DNA from: an uncultured Candidatus Saccharibacteria bacterium
GTDB taxonomy: Bacteria; Patescibacteriota; JAQUNI01
Direction: 5' to 3'
Length of the DNA stretch: 64,000 bases
Assembly (NCBI GenBank): GCA_964555185.1
Contig: CAZKRD010000001.1
Location: 124,265 to 188,264, forward strand
The position numbers and the translations under genes are program-made. The first letter of the stretch is position 1, and every line of letters starts with the position of its first letter. A model generated the notes under the pieces. The model was not told where the DNA came from. It made no database searches and was given only the letters and a program-made list of their open reading frames with translations. Of the stretch, positions 62,158 to 64,000 are shown in pieces.

Positions 62158-64000
62158 ATGACCAAAATCGAGGCCAAAAAACGGATCGAGAAGTTAAAAA
62201 AAGAGATCAATCACCATCGTTACCTTTATCATGTTTTGGATAAATCCGAGATTTCAGATGCTGCTTCGGATTCGCTAAAACATGAGCTTTTTGAATTGGA
62301 GAAAAAATACCCGGAGTTTGTCACTCCGGATTCGTCAACACAAAGAGTTTCGGGCAAGGCCTTGGATAAATTTATCAAAGCGCGGCATCAGGCGAGACAG
62401 TGGTCGTTTAACGATGCTTTTTCGGAAAAAGAGATGCGAGAATGGGAGGAGCGGCTTCAAAAAATATTAAAAAGCAAGGATATGCCAGCGCGTTTAGATT
62501 ATGTTTGCGAACTTAAGATTGATGGGTTGCATATTGTTTTAACTTACAAAAAGGGAATCTTGGAGAGAGCGGCGACCCGGGGTGATGGAACCATTGGCGA
62601 GAATGTAACTCAGAATATTAAGACAATCGAGGCTGTGCCGTTAAAACTTCAAAAGGATGTAGATATTGTCTGCCAGGGAGAGGTCTGGATGGGAAAAAAA
62701 ATTTTAGCTTCCTTGAATCGCAAATTAGCAAGACAGAAAAAGCCCTTGCTTGCCAATCCCCGCAATGCGGCAGCCGGCGCGATCCGCCAGCTTGATCCCG
62801 AGATCGCTCGTTCGCGCAGGCTTGATGTTTATAATTACAAAATTGACCAGGCCTCTTTTTCTTTGCCCAAGACCCATCTTAAGGTTTTGGAAAAGCTGCG
62901 GGTTTTGGGCTTTAAAGTGAATCGTAATTATGCCCACTGCAAAAATTTAGAAGCAGTATTTGTTTATTACAAAAAATGGGAGGCGCGTCGAGACAAAGAA
63001 GATTTTTGGTTTGATGGTATTGTGGTTAAGGTCAACGATTATAATCAGCAAAAAGCCTTAGGCTATATTGGTAAAGGCCCGCGTTTTTTGATCGCCTATA
63101 AGTTTGCTGCCGAGGAAGCGACCACCAAGGTGTTAGAGATCCAAGTCCAGGTTGGCCGCACCGGCGCTTTGACGCCGGTTGCTGTTCTTTCGCCAGTACG
63201 ATTAGGCGGTTCCACTGTTTCCCGCGCCAGCCTGCATAATCAGGATGAAATTAGGAGGCTTCACCTTAAAGTCGGGGATACGGTGATTGTGCGCAAGGCA
63301 GGCGACATTATTCCCGAGGTGGTCAAGGTCTTGCCTAAACTGCGGACCGGCAAGGAAAAGGATTTCAAGATGCCCCGAAAATGTCCGATCTGCGGTACAA
63401 AAGTGATTAAGCCGAAAGGCGAGGTTGCTCTGCGCTGTCCCAATAAAACCTGCTGGGCCCAGGAACGGGAGCAATTAGTTCATTTTGTCGGTAAAAAAGG
63501 ATTGGATATTGAAGGTCTGGGTGAGAAGATTATAACCCAGCTGATGGACGAGGGTTTAGTCAGTACTCCTTCTGATATTTTTGAATTAAAAAAGGGTGAT
63601 CTAGAGCCCTTAGAGCGTTTTGCCGAAAAATCAGCGGATAATCTAGTTGCCGCAATTTCCCAAGCAAAAGAGGTAGATTTTCGTCGCTTTTTGTTCGCGC
63701 TTGGGATTCGTTATGTTGGAGAGGAAACAGCGGGTTTGGTGGCAAAATATTTGGCTTCCAAGATGAAGAAACTAGATATCAAAAACCTTTTATCTGTTAC
63801 TGTTCGGATGAATGTGGGGGAATGGCAGAAGATAGAAGGAGTGGGGGACAAGGTCGCTTTGAGTGTTGATCGTTATTTTCATACAAAGAGAAATATTAAG
63901 CTGTTGCGGGAATTGGCAGATTTAGGTCTTACGATTCGATATGAAAGGATCAAAAAACCGCAAAAGTTCGAGGGTTTGAATTTTGTTTTAACCGGAAGCT
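62158..64000 (+). CDS. ligA: NAD-dependent DNA ligase LigA (5' ~614 codons; continues past window end)
   Basis: Adenylation motif CELKIDGL. NPRNAAAGAIRQLDP. OB fold. Zn finger CPICGTKVIKPKGEVALRCPNKTC. HhH region. Open frame to position 64000. Confidence 0.9.
   Translation, partial: MTKIEAKKRIEKLKKEINHHRYLYHVLDKSEISDAASDSLKHELFELEKKYPEFVTPDSSTQRVSGKALDKFIKARHQARQWSFNDAFSEKEMREWEERLQKILKSKDMPARLDYVCELKIDGLHIVLTYKKGILERAATRGDGTIGENVTQNIKTIEAVPLKLQKDVDIVCQGEVWMGKKILASLNRKLARQKKPLLANPRNAAAGAIRQLDPEIARSRRLDVYNYKIDQASFSLPKTHLKVLEKLRVLGFKVNRNYAHCKNLEAVFVYYKKWEARRDKEDFWFDGIVVKVNDYNQQKALGYIGKGPRFLIAYKFAAEEATTKVLEIQVQVGRTGALTPVAVLSPVRLGGSTVSRASLHNQDEIRRLHLKVGDTVIVRKAGDIIPEVVKVLPKLRTGKEKDFKMPRKCPICGTKVIKPKGEVALRCPNKTCWAQEREQLVHFVGKKGLDIEGLGEKIITQLMDEGLVSTPSDIFELKKGDLEPLERFAEKSADNLVAAISQAKEVDFRRFLFALGIRYVGEETAGLVAKYLASKMKKLDIKNLLSVTVRMNVGEWQKIEGVGDKVALSVDRYFHTKRNIKLLRELADLGLTIRYERIKKPQKFEGLNFVLTGS

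Noticed and set aside
1-64000. Alternative genetic code (UGA recoding, as in some CPR lineages)
   Set aside because: Long ORFs terminate at all three stop codons, including TGA, without downstream in-frame continuation. RBS-like AGGAGG motifs are present. The standard bacterial code fits.

Overview
This 64 kb window has about 40-45% GC, reads cleanly in the standard bacterial code (no in-frame TGA problems) and is densely packed with genes. There are many secreted or membrane proteins rich in cysteine or with Pro-Thr linkers, an archaeal-type SAM synthetase, a full type IV pilus/competence gene set, and a family of short promoter-proximal repeats. This fits a small-genome, possibly episymbiotic bacterium of the CPR/Patescibacteria kind, though that assignment is inference. 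From left to right:
(1) 1..2170: a tandem duplication of a cassette made of a lipoprotein 5' end, a ~160 bp inverted-repeat (IR) miniature element, and a truncated 5' copy of the giant-gene start.
(2) 2094..8024: a 1976-aa giant surface protein with PT/PS linkers and PKD/CARDB-like segments.
(3) 8259..8806: a REP-associated tyrosine transposase (RAYT, IS200-like) inactivated by a homopolymer frameshift.
(4) 8788..22076: a minimal type IV secretion (T4SS)/ComB-like module. It contains a VirB6/TrbL-like polytopic protein with a 400-aa C-terminal module that also exists as a stand-alone paralog, a VirB3-like small membrane protein, a VirB4 ATPase split into two ORFs by two in-frame stops, a lipoprotein, and a VirB2-like double-TM protein fused to a domain of about 240 aa with 37 cysteines. 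A PD40 beta-propeller, DsbA, RadA and RecG follow.
(5) 32573..38868: an AT-rich ~6.3 kb island bounded by a 19-bp direct repeat of the 3' end of tRNA-Ser(TGA). It has a large serine recombinase next to the tRNA and an operon of SerRS, a MoaA-like radical SAM enzyme, archaeal-type SAM synthetase and a PHP phosphoesterase.
(6) 38951..42156: ComFC and ClpC.
(7) 42562..55175: a canonical type IV pilus locus (pilM-B-T-C, two major pilins, pilD, a receiver-domain protein that appears to lack the phospho-acceptor Asp, pilN/O, four minor pilins).
(8) 56259..61639: divergent secreted proteins sharing a 195-bp perfect inverted repeat.
(9) 61654..62090: a GIY-YIG nuclease gene flanked by the same IR family seen at seven other sites in the window.
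(10) 62158..64000: the 5' part of NAD-dependent DNA ligase.
Three tRNAs are present: Arg-GCG, Ser-GCT and Ser-TGA. No rRNA or CRISPR array was found.
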